Shown: in pieces, positions 40,801 to 51,896 of the stretch | How positions within the stretch are numbered: position 1 is the stretch's first letter | How the letters are laid out: every line of letters starts with the position of its first letter | Assembly: GCA_015680685.1 (NCBI GenBank) | Contig: MNCI01000556.1 | Coordinates: forward strand, 248,001 to 312,000 | Reading direction: 5' to 3' | From: Gnetum montanum | Lineage: Eukaryota; Plantae; Gnetophyta | Length of the DNA stretch: 64,000 bases | Translations under genes and position numbers: made by a program | The notes under the pieces: generated by a model | Told to the model about the DNA's origin: nothing | The model's input: the letters and a program-made list of their open reading frames with translations, nothing else | Database searches by the model: none

Positions 40801-43800
40801 ATCTCAGTGGACAAAAGTAAAAGCTTTAGTTTTATTTATTATTAATCTTAATCGACAAGAGAAACTTAAACTAAATATTTATTATATCTAGCAAAACCTT
40901 CAAGTTATATCTAAAATTGTAAATAAGTTAAAAGATCTATAATTTGATACTAAGAATGAGCAATTTCATTCTTATTCATTAAGTTTTATTTCTTCTATTT
41001 GATACATATTCATTAAGTTTTATTTCTTCTATTTGATTTCCATTCTAAATTTTTTATTCATAGCTTTTTAGTTTAAAAAATTGTTTTTAAAAATGACTTT
41101 AGATGGTACAAGAGGAAGCAATTGTGTAAGATATCATTGAAATTATAAAATTTTTAAATGTGAAGTTTGAAGTAAAAAAGTTTAATGGCAAAAACAATTT
41201 TAAGTTATGTAAGATTGAAGTTTAGGGCTCACTCATTCAACAAGGATTGTAGAAGATACAATATGGAAGACAAAGTATGATGAGATTTGACAAGTTTAAT
41301 AACGCATTTTGGATGAAAACAATATATACCATGTTATTTAGTAAATAAAACTCATTCATTTAATTTTAAAGGAGAAACACCAAAGAAGGTATTTAAATGT
41401 CTTGCTTATACTCACATTTGAAATTTTCCAAAGGGTTAAGCTAGATCCAAAATCTAAGAAATACATTTACTATTGAATATAAAAATGGCACTAAAGGATA
41501 TATACTTTAAGATCATGTTACCATAACAATATTCATCCAAAAAGTATCATTTTAATAAGTCTTCTCTTCTTTAAAGATAGAATCAAATGAAGCTAAAGAA
41601 AAGTGATTTTAATAAGATGTTTTAGTAGAAATGGAGATAAGCAACATTCAAAAAATATAAATGAAGTTTAAAAAATAGGTGGACTACCTTTGAAGATAAG
41701 TGAGATTCAAATTCCAATGCAAAGTACTTCACTTGAATTTGATAAGAGTATTCTTAAAATTAAGTATGATAATCATTAATGAGTATAGATATATTTCAAT
41801 ATTGTTGATATATATAAGGTAATGTCTTATTAAGAAGCATTGAAGAGCTCCCAAAATGAGCAATAGGAGATTATAAAAGAAATATCTATTCATACAAAAA
41901 TCAAGCTTAAGATTTTATGAAGCTTCCTAGGTGTAGAAAAGCCATTAATTATAAATGGATATTCAAGGTAAAACATGTTATAATAGGTTCTATTGATTAA
42001 TTTAAGCAAGATTAGTTATAAAGAGAGATCTCCAAAAGATCAAAATTGATTTTTTTAATTGTATTTGTATTAGTTAATAAAGAGTTAACATTGTTCTAAC
42101 TTTAGCTAAGATAAAGGATTTGGAGTTCATGTAGATATATATAAGAATTGCTTTTCTACATGAAGAATTAGAAGACCAAAAAAAATCCATAAAAAACTAG
42201 AGGTATTTTAAAAAAGAAAAGGAAAATCTTGTTTGCAAACTATGAAAATTCTTATATGGACTAAAGCAAAGTTTGTGATAATGGTGAAAGAGACTTGTAA
42301 ATCCATGCATTTACAAAAAGAGTGAAAATGTAAAACCATTATTGCATTAGTTTTATATATGGATGATATGTTCATTGAAAGAAAATATCAAATAGATATT
42401 AAAACTATGAAAAAACTCATTTTTTGAATTTGACATGAAAGATTTGGAAAAATCCAAATATATCATTCATATTGATATAACATAAGATAGGGAAAAGGAG
42501 CAAGTATATTTTTCTCAAGAACAATATATCAAGAAAACTTTCAAACGATTTAGGATAGAAAACTTAAAACCAATTATTACTACCATTGGAATATATTTTA
42601 AATTGTATTTATATGATTATAGGATTATTTAATTTTGTGCTTTCTAAAAGTAAAGAGTAAAAGTATTACATGCTTTGCAGTTGTCATATTTTAATGCAAC
42701 TGCTATTTTGATGTATAAGATAGTTGGAACTCAACTAGAAATTGTTCATGCTATGAGCCTTTGAAGTATATTTATGAATAATTCTAAAAGAAGCATTGGG
42801 ATGTAGTACACTAGATTCTTAGATACACAATGGTTCAACTAAAGTAGCAAACAATACAAGGAGACTATAGGTTCATAGGATTTAAATTTTTCTAGTGATT
42901 TAGATAAACAAAAATCTACATAAGTCTAAGTATTTACAATGATAGGAAGTTGTATCTCTTAAAAGTCAAAGTTAACAATGAGGTGTTAGCCTAGAGGTAA
43001 GACTCTTGATTTGGTAACTCCAAATTATGGGTTCAATTCTATTGGGCAATACTGAGTTTTAAAGTTCTAATTTGACTATATTATAAAAAATAAGTGAGTA
43101 ATATTTGGCCCTCGACGAGACAGTGACACCCTAGAAATCCTCCCCTGCCCTTTGGCCTCTCTAAGCAGAGCCTCGAACAGAGGTAACTCAGGGACTCGTT
43201 CCCCGCTAAAGGGGAAGGATTGACAAAAGTACTTACTTGACATCTTGCGGTCCTATGAGCGGGCCTCGGGGCAGAAAGTGAATCTTCAAAAGTTTGGGTT
43301 GTTCTTCTCACCTAACACTTCTGAAGCCTCTCAACAGATGATCCAAAATATACTCGGTGTCAATCAAATCACACTTTAAAGAGGAGACTAAACTAAAAAG
43401 TATCATGGAAGGAGTGAATGAGTTTCAAGAGAAGGTTTTAATTTTTAAGGATAATAGAGTGCCATATTTTTGGCACATGATGCAACATTTCATGAGAAGT
43501 CAAAGCATATCTCAATAAAACTTCATTTTTTTAGGATAAAACACAATTTTTTGACTATATTTCCTTGGGGTAAATATTATTTTTTAAAAACATATTTTGG
43601 GTTCTAAAACCACCATTCCCCCACCACCCACAAAAGTCCAAGTTACAATATATCAATAAAGAAAATATATTGCAACTTAAATACTTTAAAAAGGAGATTG
43701 GACTAGAGAGTTTCCTAGGAGTGAATGAGTTTCAAGAGAAGGTTTCAATTTTTAAGGATAGTAAGGTGCCATATTTTTGGCACAAGATACAACATTTCAT

Positions 43801-46146
43801 GAGAAGTCAAAGCATATCTCAATAAAACATCAATTTTTTTCACTAATAAATTAAATAAGGATGAAAAGATTTGAAGAAAAAAATCATACATTGGTAAATT
43901 TAATCACATATATGATGAATAGCCTCTTCTACAAAAGAAATTTAAATAATGCATAGGCTTCTTTCAACTCAATTACAATAGTGGAAGTCCAAGTTGCAAT
44001 ATATCAATGGAGACAAACTATATTGAAACTTCAACACTTTAAAGAGAAGATTGGACTAAAGAGTCTCATGGAAGGAGTGAATGAGTCTCAAGAAAAGGTT
44101 TTATATTTTAAGGATAATAAAGTGCCATATTTTAGCACAAGATGTAACATTTTAGGAGAAGTCAAAGCATGTCTTAATAAAATATCATTTTTTCCACCAC
44201 CAAATCGAAAAAGAATACATGCATTTGAAGAAAAAAGTTATACATTGCTAAATTTAGCCATAGATATAATGAAAAGTCTTTTCAATAAAAGAAATTTAAG
44301 TAATGCATGGGCTTCTTACAACTTAATTTACAATAGGTGAAAAATTTTGCCAAAGACTTTACGTGCCATATTTTTTGGACAAGATACAACATTTCATGAG
44401 AAGTCAAAGCATGTCTTTGTAAAATATTACTTTTCCTACCAATAAATTTAAAATGGATACATAGATTTCAAAAAATAAATATACATTGGTAAATTCAATA
44501 GCAAATATGATGAAAAGATCCTTTTACCCAAAAAAATTTAGATAATGCATAGGCTTCCTACAACTCAATTAAAAGTAGCTAAATAATTCTACCAAAGCCT
44601 TAAAGTGTCACATTTTTAGCACAGGATGCAACATTTCATGAGTAGTCAAAAGTATATCTCAGTAAAATATCATTTTTTCACCATTAAATTGAAAATGGAT
44701 GCATAGATTTGAAAAAAAAAATTATAAATTGGTAAATTCAGCAGCTGATATGATGAAAAGCCCCTAGTACAAAAGAAATTTAATTAATGCATAGCCTTCT
44801 TACAACTCAATTGAAAGTACCTGAATAATTCTGCTAAAGACTTTGCAAAAGACAATTTTGGTTGAGGTAAAGATTGTCGTATATCACTTCAAATTTGATT
44901 AAATATCCAATGGGACTTCAAAACTATTGGATAATTTTGTTTTTATATAACCCATGTTTAATATTCTCAATTTGCAGCTTTATATATGAGATGTTTTTGA
45001 TACCATAACATATCCAGGTTGGGTTCTTGATCTAGCGATATAGAAGCTGAATTTTAAGACAAGTCCAATAATTGATATTACTTTTGTTTTATCTGCATTT
45101 CAAATTTTTTCTGTTCTTTAAAGCTATATCTTAGAAAATTATTATTAAAGATTTCAACTTCCTAGAATTTATATTTTCTTGATAAGAAAGTATTAACTAT
45201 ATAAAATTACCTATGATAACTAAGAAAAGTTAGCAATTAGATTAAAATGTATGTAGTTATGCTATATTTTTTAAAATGCAAATTGAATCTTTTGCAACTA
45301 ACAAAGATAAACAGTAAGCTCAATCACAAAAAGTGTATAATTATAACACCAATTTGTCTGTCATGAAATAGTTATAGCATGATTTTTTTTAAGCAAACAA
45401 AAGAACATTCATACCTTTCCTGTATCGATATCCATTCCACAACAGAATTTGTATTTTGCCAATATCGTATTCATCCTATAAAAAGAACATGTTTTATTAT
45501 ATTTATATAATCACGATAACTTAAACCTTAAATAAATTACAAGAAATTCAACAGAGCAACCCAAACTTCTAATTGGCAATGATACGCATGCTTTACCAGT
45601 AAACTCCAATGGTGGTTCTCTGTACAAGTATATACTTTTAACAAAGATTACTGCAACAAATGCAAGAGAAGCGCTTCTGCCCTTTCACTTGTAACATGCT
45701 TTGGGCCATTATTGTGTTAAATTAAAAAAAAAAATTAAAACCCTAACAAAGTCAGAGATACTAGAAACTTTGCAACCCTATAATATTGAAATTCAAATGC
45801 GTTTTCAAAAATTTTCTCGTTAAAGGGATAGGGGAATCTGCAGCTTACGGAGCGATAAACTGCTGGAAAGAAATAAGCAACATCGAATCACATATTAAAA
45901 AAACGAAAGCAAAGCTTCGGGGAAACAAAGCATGCATAATAATGGAAGTATTTGACGCACTCACATTGGATTGCAGAATTGGTAGAACTTTCCGAACTCG
46001 GAGTAAACAAGAACTGCAACATCGGCATCGCACAGAACATTGAGCTCGAACGCCTTCTTCAAGAGACTGTTTTTGCGCTTACAGAACGTGACATTCCGTC
46101 GCGACCTGTTTTCAATTTTTCTGAGCTGCAACCGCGATTTTGGCAT
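37851..46146 (-). CDS. MIKC-type MADS-box transcription factor, 7 coding exons (46146-45965, 45475-45415, 38518-38448, 38364-38265, 38178-38137, 38014-37973, 37889-37851), 178 aa
   Basis: MADS domain MPKSRLQLRKIENRSRRNVTFCKRKNSLLKKAFELNVLCDADVAV, I region MNTILAKY, K-box KNIMGEDLDSLSTRSLDRLERKLESAKRRILNRK. All introns are GT-AG and the frame is preserved. Exon sizes 182/61/71/100/42/42 fit the canonical MIKCc layout. The last exon is the least certain. Confidence 0.93.
38265..38364 (-). CDS. MADS gene 100-bp K-box exon
   Basis: Flanked by AG/GT and encodes the MGEDL..L..LE..LE motif. Confidence 0.93.
38722..39953 (-). mobile_element. 5'-truncated L1-like LINE (zf-RVT C-terminus plus 3' UTR) in MADS intron 2
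   Basis: ORF 39462..39803 (WKTIFRRIWTSKAQPKHRFLFWSLVHQGLP) and ORF 39125..39574 (PICKADDSFQHVFWDC...IWKCR) are joined by a frameshift. Boundaries approximate. Confidence 0.85.
38829..39062. repeat. 130-bp-period tandem duplication, each unit with a 14-bp-stem hairpin
   Basis: 38829-38932 and 38959-39062 are nearly identical. Hairpin tgttgcaagttgac-cccca-gtcaacctgcaaca. An N lies at 39063. Confidence 0.9.
42982..43047 (+). mobile_element. tRNA-derived SINE-like head (related, more decayed copy at 40711-40790)
   Basis: A-box-like TAGCCTAGAGG and B-box-like GGTTCAATTC with tRNA-like spacing. No intact cloverleaf. Confidence 0.5.
43076..43372. mobile_element. LINE RT fragment in two oppositely oriented pieces
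   Basis: Minus ~43180-43083 reads LFEALLREAKGQGRISRVSLSRRGPNITHLFF. Plus 43234-43370 reads LLDILRSYERASGQKVNLQKFGLFFSPNT...ILGV. Confidence 0.8.
43372..44850 (+). repeat. Five tandem diverged copies (~240-350 bp) of the copia RNase H C-terminal segment
   Basis: caacatttcatgagaagtcaaagcat recurs at ~43482, ~43790, ~44145, ~44387 and ~44628. Confidence 0.88.
45965..46146 (-). CDS. MADS-box exon 1 (MADS domain)
   Basis: ATG at 46146, donor GTGAGT at 45964. Confidence 0.95.
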
Positions 46147-47349
46147 GTTAGAGAAGGCAAAGCAAGAGCTTGGATGCAATCACTCTGACAGCACTAGTAG
46201 TAAAAGAAGAAGAAGAGGACGGAAACAAGCAAGGCAGCAAGCTAGGACCGAAATGCAAGAGTATTTATGGTCTGATGATCTTCAGATTCTCAGTCTGCTC
46301 CATCGTGACCAAAGACAAATCGACAGCACAAAATCGTACAAAGAGAGAACGAGCGGAGGAAAATGCACTACGGGGCCGGAGAAGGGCCCCTCTTAAGCTT
46401 TTATTTGCAGGGCCTGTGAATGTTGTTTTCTACATGCAACTGTTTAGAAATTTCCAGAGAAGCAGGGCTGGAATTTCAGGATTTCCGAACCCCCGGATAT
46501 CTACATTTTAGTGTGCAAACTCAGTATTTTAGTTGTATCCACGCTAAATTTATAGGTTTTCGGGGAAATTTAAATTGTATAATATATTTTCAGAGGGCAT
46601 ATAAGTTCATTTACCTGCTAAAATTCCTAACCTGCAGAGAAGCGTAAAATGCCCAAAAGTCAATTTCAAATCTCATATCTTGAACGGGCAGAGCAAACTG
46701 CAAAAAGAGAAAAAATTCCTTTGCGTACTGAATCACGGGTTACTGCCATTGTAGGTCTGGCCGGATGGCATTCGAGACATTAGGATAATAACTAACAAAC
46801 AAAGACGGAAAATTAAAAAAAAAAAAGGAAAAAGGCAAACATGGTTACACCTACTACCGTTGGTTTCAAACTTTTGTTTCACGGGATTTTGCATGGACCA
46901 CCAGCTCATCTTCCTCATGTAGTAACCTATGATGACACCTATGATGACAGGGGACAGCATATAAACTTCCTTAGTATGCAAACATATAAATGTTCTTTGC
47001 ATGCCTTTATTATTACTACAAGCATGTGTATGCCTATGCACATCCCATATGAACATGTATGCATTATAGAAAAGGTTGCGGAAAAATTTTCTAAGTATTT
47101 GTGCAGGAAGCAAAAATTTGAAAACCAAAATACTTGAACTATAAACTTAAACTTGGAACCTTTATTTTATCATTTCAAGTACATACCCTTGTTCTACTCA
47201 CCTTGGTTGTGACCAAAATTGTTTTCTATATTATTTAAACATCTATTCCTAGGTTCCAAGGACACATAAGCATGATAGATCATGGCCATCGAATATGCAT
47301 GTGTTGGCAGCATTGCATTAATGACATATTAGGAAGTCGTTATGCTTTT

Positions 47350-48336
47350 TGATGAGACGCGGTTCGCACAGGCCGCGATATTGCGTACGCGATATCACAG
47401 CCGACGCGATATCGCATCCCCCACGATATCGCATACACGATATCGTAATCCACCACCATGTCTATAAATAAGAGGCGGCTCTCCCTTATTCAAGATTCCA
47501 GTTTTAGAGTAGCGAAGCTCTGGCAGTTTGATCCCTCCAAGAGTTAGAATTTTTCCCGTGTCTGCCCGCAGTGTGGTGAATGTAATTGTACGGTGTCTTT
47601 ATTCGAGTGTGCCGTACTTGGACATGCACATGTCCAGCAATAAAGATCAAAATTACTTCATCATTGCAGCATTCACTTAGTTTATTTAATTGTTATTTAT
47701 TTAATGTTATTTATTGCTTTCATAGCGCAATGTGAGTACGACTTGGCTACGAGCATCTACGGGTGTGTACGGCTAGTTAAGGAATCGGTTACTCATCACG
47801 ATTAGTTTCTCACCCTTAAACTCCTAGAAGCGGAACGAATACGACTTGATTACGAGCATTTAAGTGTGACTACTTGGTAGCCCAGTGGTGTAGCTAGGGG
47901 GATCTACGCTTGGTAACCCAGTGGCGTATTTGGGGTATGCGCTTGGTAATCCCAGTGGCGTACCTAGGCCTATGCTTGGTAATCCCAGTGGTAGTCATGC
48001 ACGAAATCCAAGATGTGTACGGTTGATCAAGGAATCGGTTGCTCGTCGCACTTAGGCTAGATTAGATTTTCTTACCCTTTCCCTCCTAGCTTAGCTTAGT
48101 TAGTATTATTTTCCACTGCCTTCAGGAGTAGCATTAGATTAGGACACATCATATGCCTCATCTAGACTAAACCATACGTGACATATGCAAAACTAGTCTA
48201 GATGGGAAGACAGCGAACTGCGACCTAAGGCTAACTATCTAGGTGCCACAACTAGTCCATCTGCGGAGTTCGACCGGATCGCGCGTGCGACGCTCGTTTC
48301 GTATGGTTGAGTGTAGGGGTACCTCGCCACTCATCA
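47350..48336 (+). repeat. 5' LTR of copy C
   Basis: Matches 55303-56250. TATAAATA at 47463-47470. Confidence 0.97.
47374..47470 (+). promoter_or_regulatory. U3 array of GATATC palindromic motifs plus TATA box
   Basis: Five CGATATCG-like units directly upstream of TATAAATA. Confidence 0.7.
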
Positions 48337-48337
48337 T

Positions 48338-48355
48338 TGGCGCCGTTGCCGGGGA
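48338..48355 (+). other. Primer binding site complementary to the tRNA-Asp 3' end (Athila type)
   Basis: TGGCGCCGTTGCCGGGGA, one base after the LTR. Confidence 0.92.
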
Positions 48356-48467
48356 TGGTGCTAGTTATCTAGATTAGTTATATCATACAAGGTCGCTGTA
48401 AAGAACTTAACGATATATCTCTTAAAAAGAAGTAATTATAAAAAGTCACATAAATTCACACACAACA

Positions 48468-50447
48468 ATGCCTCTCCTACAAGATGATAATAACGCCACA
48501 CTTAGTGAGGAAGTTCATTGGAGAACCAATGAGCTATATGACGATGAAGATTGGAGTATACAACCTGAAGTGGGAGTTTCCTATAAGAATGAACAAAAAC
48601 AACGTCATCGTAACGCACGAAAGCATAACTTACCCGATGACGATGAACCCCCACTGGCCACTACAAGCTTAACGCAAATACAAGAGGCTGTTCGAATCTC
48701 ACGTAGGCATCGTAAAGAGAGCCGACTACCCAGGCTCGATTTAAACAACTTTCCCAAATTTTCAGGAGGCTATGACTTAGATCCGCATCAACATTTACTA
48801 GCCTTCTACGATGCCTGCACATGGAATAACATTGATAACAGTTGGCAAAAACTGAAGCTCTTTCCTATGACACTCGTTGACCAAGCTAAAGTATGGTATA
48901 GATCGTTAAAACCAAATTCAATACGACGCTGGTCAACAATGGTAGAGGTCTTTAACGAAAAATATCAAACCTACGCAAGAGTGTCAGCCTTGAGGAAACA
49001 AATCCAAGGATGGAAACAAGAAAAACATGAACCCTTGGACATGGCCTTAGAAAGATATTATTCACTGTTAAACAACTGTCCAGGCCATGGGTTTTCCGAG
49101 GAAAGGCTAATGTACCATATCATTGATGGGCTACGTAATGAAACAAGAGAGACCTTAGGAACGTATGCCCGAGGTCAACTATACAACCTACGAACCCATC
49201 AAATACAAGAGCTTATTAAGAGGGTAGCAAAAGAGGAAGGAGAAATAGCTACATGGGAGAGTGTTGAAAAACATCAACGGGACCAAAATCTTAACTCAAC
49301 AAAGGTCCATGATCATAACAAGGAGAGATCAACAAATCTCAAGGTGGAAACATCATCTTTGCCAATACAACAATCGTTAGAAGAAGCTGAGGCAAAGATC
49401 AATAAGATGTTGGAATGGATGAATCAAAAGTGTGGAGAATATATCAACATCATTGGAGATAGAGTTTTGACAACCCAAGAAGCAAGGCGAAATAATAGAC
49501 ATTCGAAAAGAAGGAATGAAGGGACTAAGCGCTCAACTACCAATCATACATATGAATGCACCATATGCCTGTACGATCACCCCAAAGGTCAATGCCCAAT
49601 ACTGTCACATATACATGAGCATTGGAGAAACATGTTACATCCAAAGTTTGTACAGAGATACTGTGTTAGATCACAGTGGCAACAATCCCAGTCATGGGAG
49701 AATCCACCTTTAGACTGGAGGCACCCTTCATATTTTCCGAATCCAAATGCTTATCACGTCCAACATCCTGTTTCTTCAACTGGGCCACCACACTTTATCT
49801 CACCCCAACACCATTCTCCACAACACTATCAACCCATACCTCCAACACAACCACCACCTTGTGCACCTTACATTCCTTCTAACTTTCAACATTCTTATCC
49901 TTTCCCTCCTTCCACAATGCCACCAACTATTCCTAAGGTGTTTGTACCACCGCAACCCACGAACAACACTTGTGCTGCTGCTACTAACAACAGTGAAGAG
50001 CCTCCTCAACATCAAAGACGTCCTTTCTTTAAACACGGCCGTAGGAAGGGACAACATAACTCTGAGGCCACTGCATCTTCCAACACAGCGCAAGTCCAAC
50101 AATGTTGTGCACCCTTACCTTCAAACCCAATGCTTCATGTAACTTCATCAGGGCCACCAACTAACACTCCAACAACCATAAGGCCCGATGAACACAACCA
50201 TGGGAGGCATCAGCCCAATCCTTGCATACCACCTAAAGGTCCTAAACATCAGAGGGGGTCAACTCGTTATCTGGGAACTACATCGTATGAAGTGCCCCAC
50301 TGTGTTTATTACAAAGTGTGTGAAATCCAAGGTGATAAGTATGGACCAGCTTCAATATTTTCAATATGCAAGGATCCTCATTTTCCATTTATTAATCCTT
50401 GTCATACTCAATCGTTTAGTTATGGGGGGTATTCCCCATTTCAATAA
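48468..50447 (+). CDS. gag: Gag polyprotein, 659 aa (Retrotrans_gag core, CCHC-like knuckle, P/Q/H-rich tail)
   Basis: Motifs FPKFSGG..DPHQHL, KLKLFPMTLVDQAKVWYRSL and CTICLYDHPKGQC in an uninterrupted ORF. Confidence 0.92.
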   Translation: MPLLQDDNNATLSEEVHWRTNELYDDEDWSIQPEVGVSYKNEQKQRHRNARKHNLPDDDEPPLATTSLTQIQEAVRISRRHRKESRLPRLDLNNFPKFSGGYDLDPHQHLLAFYDACTWNNIDNSWQKLKLFPMTLVDQAKVWYRSLKPNSIRRWSTMVEVFNEKYQTYARVSALRKQIQGWKQEKHEPLDMALERYYSLLNNCPGHGFSEERLMYHIIDGLRNETRETLGTYARGQLYNLRTHQIQELIKRVAKEEGEIATWESVEKHQRDQNLNSTKVHDHNKERSTNLKVETSSLPIQQSLEEAEAKINKMLEWMNQKCGEYINIIGDRVLTTQEARRNNRHSKRRNEGTKRSTTNHTYECTICLYDHPKGQCPILSHIHEHWRNMLHPKFVQRYCVRSQWQQSQSWENPPLDWRHPSYFPNPNAYHVQHPVSSTGPPHFISPQHHSPQHYQPIPPTQPPPCAPYIPSNFQHSYPFPPSTMPPTIPKVFVPPQPTNNTCAAATNNSEEPPQHQRRPFFKHGRRKGQHNSEATASSNTAQVQQCCAPLPSNPMLHVTSSGPPTNTPTTIRPDEHNHGRHQPNPCIPPKGPKHQRGSTRYLGTTSYEVPHCVYYKVCEIQGDKYGPASIFSICKDPHFPFINPCHTQSFSYGGYSPFQ

Positions 50448-51819
50448 CAAGCAGGATTAATAAATATTTTTTAATTTTCTTTAAGTTTTTACCTTTTTGT
50501 TTTCCAGTTTTTCATTTTTCAACTTTTTGTTTTATCTTTTTTTTTGTGTTTGTGTGTTTGTCTTTTTCTGTTTTTGTAAGTAATCTCATCTACGAATAAA
50601 ACACTCATATTGGTTGAGGTGTGTTTTATGTTATTAAGTCATGCGTGATCAATTATTTGAAACAGTGAGCCCATTACATCCACTCATCCACTCTATAAAT
50701 AAAGAGGTTTTGTTCATGGGTACAGTGATATTCTTAAAATTTCTAAACTTAAAATTAATTTTGTATTCATTGTACCCAGAGTGAAGAAGGATGGACCAAG
50801 AGGGAATGGTTAGGGTGTGACATCAAAGGGACTTGTGGATTCTCTTTGGTGACGTCTATGGGAGTTTTCATGCAACTTGGTTGTACTAAGATCCTTGTAG
50901 ATCTAATGAAAAATGGGAGTAAGAGTAATTAAAAGGGCACTCGAAAATCAAATGCTATTCTAGGGGGTCCCACTGGAAAGACATGTACCCATGCCTGAAG
51001 GTTGGCGACTTCTCTAGATTCAGTAAAGTGAAAAAGAAAAAAAAAAGAAAAAAAAAGGAAGTGCCATAAAATAAAAATCACTCCTCCCTTGTACTAAACG
51101 CCAAGTGATCATACGCCTTGTTGTTATGGTATTCTCATAGTTGTTCATCATGGGATGAAACAATGCGATGTCACTGTTTAGAAGGATGGACTTGGTCTTG
51201 ATCTTGGAATGACGGGTTAATGACACGTTAATTAGGCTTTACGTGCAGGATTCATTGTGCCCTGCGATAGTTACCTCATGTCCCGATCTCTACAATCCCT
51301 TTCTTTACTTCATCTCATCTCACTGTTCGTGTAATTGTAGCTCGTGTCCCGTGTAACATAAAATTTTCATCTCATTCCGGTGATATTTACATGTGTGTGT
51401 TTTGTGGAGTTAGTGCAGATTACATTTAACCCTTCTAGTGCCCACGGATTACACAAGGGCATAATAGGTTGAAACCTGCTTTGGGGAGGACCCACTTGTG
51501 TAATTTTGTTGTAATCTTCATTAATTCTCTAAGCTAGAACACACAATTTCTTACCCACCGTTTAATTTTCATAAATTTCTTTCCCATTTATTAACCCTCA
51601 AAACTTTAACGTTCCAATGTACCATTACATTCCCTTTTCTTCATAACTGCCAAAGTTTTAATTGTTAAATTCACATCCTTATCAATCAAAGTGCCTTTCG
51701 AATTCATGTAATTACCCTTGAATATATTAATCCTTGTCAATGTCCTCACTTTACACATTAATTTCAAGAAAAATCACCAAAAATTTGGTCTTTTTCAAGT
51801 GTCTCACTATAGTTTGGAC

Positions 51820-51896
51820 GAGATATCACGTACGCAATATCGTGTCCCACATGATATCGCGTACGCGATATCACGTCCCCTTTTCCTATAAATAGG
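51820..51896 (+). promoter_or_regulatory. Putative internal promoter for ORF2 (GATATC palindrome array plus TATA)
   Basis: Perfect 22-bp palindrome TGATATCGCGTACGCGATATCA (51852-51873), a decayed twin at 51822-51842, and TATAAATA at 51887-51894. Confidence 0.65.

Larger units (their letters stand above)
41290..44850 (+). mobile_element. Decayed Ty1/copia pol remnant (integrase C-terminus, RT, RNase H) in MADS intron 2
   Basis: Motifs KLDPKSKK, LPRCRKAINYKWIFKVK, AFLH.ELEE, LYGLKQ, LYMDDMF, EFDMKDL and FHEKSKHISIK. Confidence 0.88.

Noticed and set aside
46147-46179. N-terminal extension MHPSSCFAFSN of the MADS ORF in the ORF track
   Set aside because: It begins at TTG. The ATG at 46146 sits at the canonical MADS start position.
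45786-47137. Several 60-130-aa ORFs antisense to or upstream of MADS exon 1
   Set aside because: No recognisable domains. They are explained by overlap with the exon, UTR or promoter.
47350-47356. TGATGAG as a hammerhead ribozyme core
   Set aside because: It is the LTR terminal inverted repeat. There is no preceding C and no supporting helices or GAAA.
47873-47995. Repeat-spacer pattern resembling a CRISPR array
   Set aside because: It is in a eukaryotic LTR, the spacers are short, irregular and mutually similar, and there are no cas genes.
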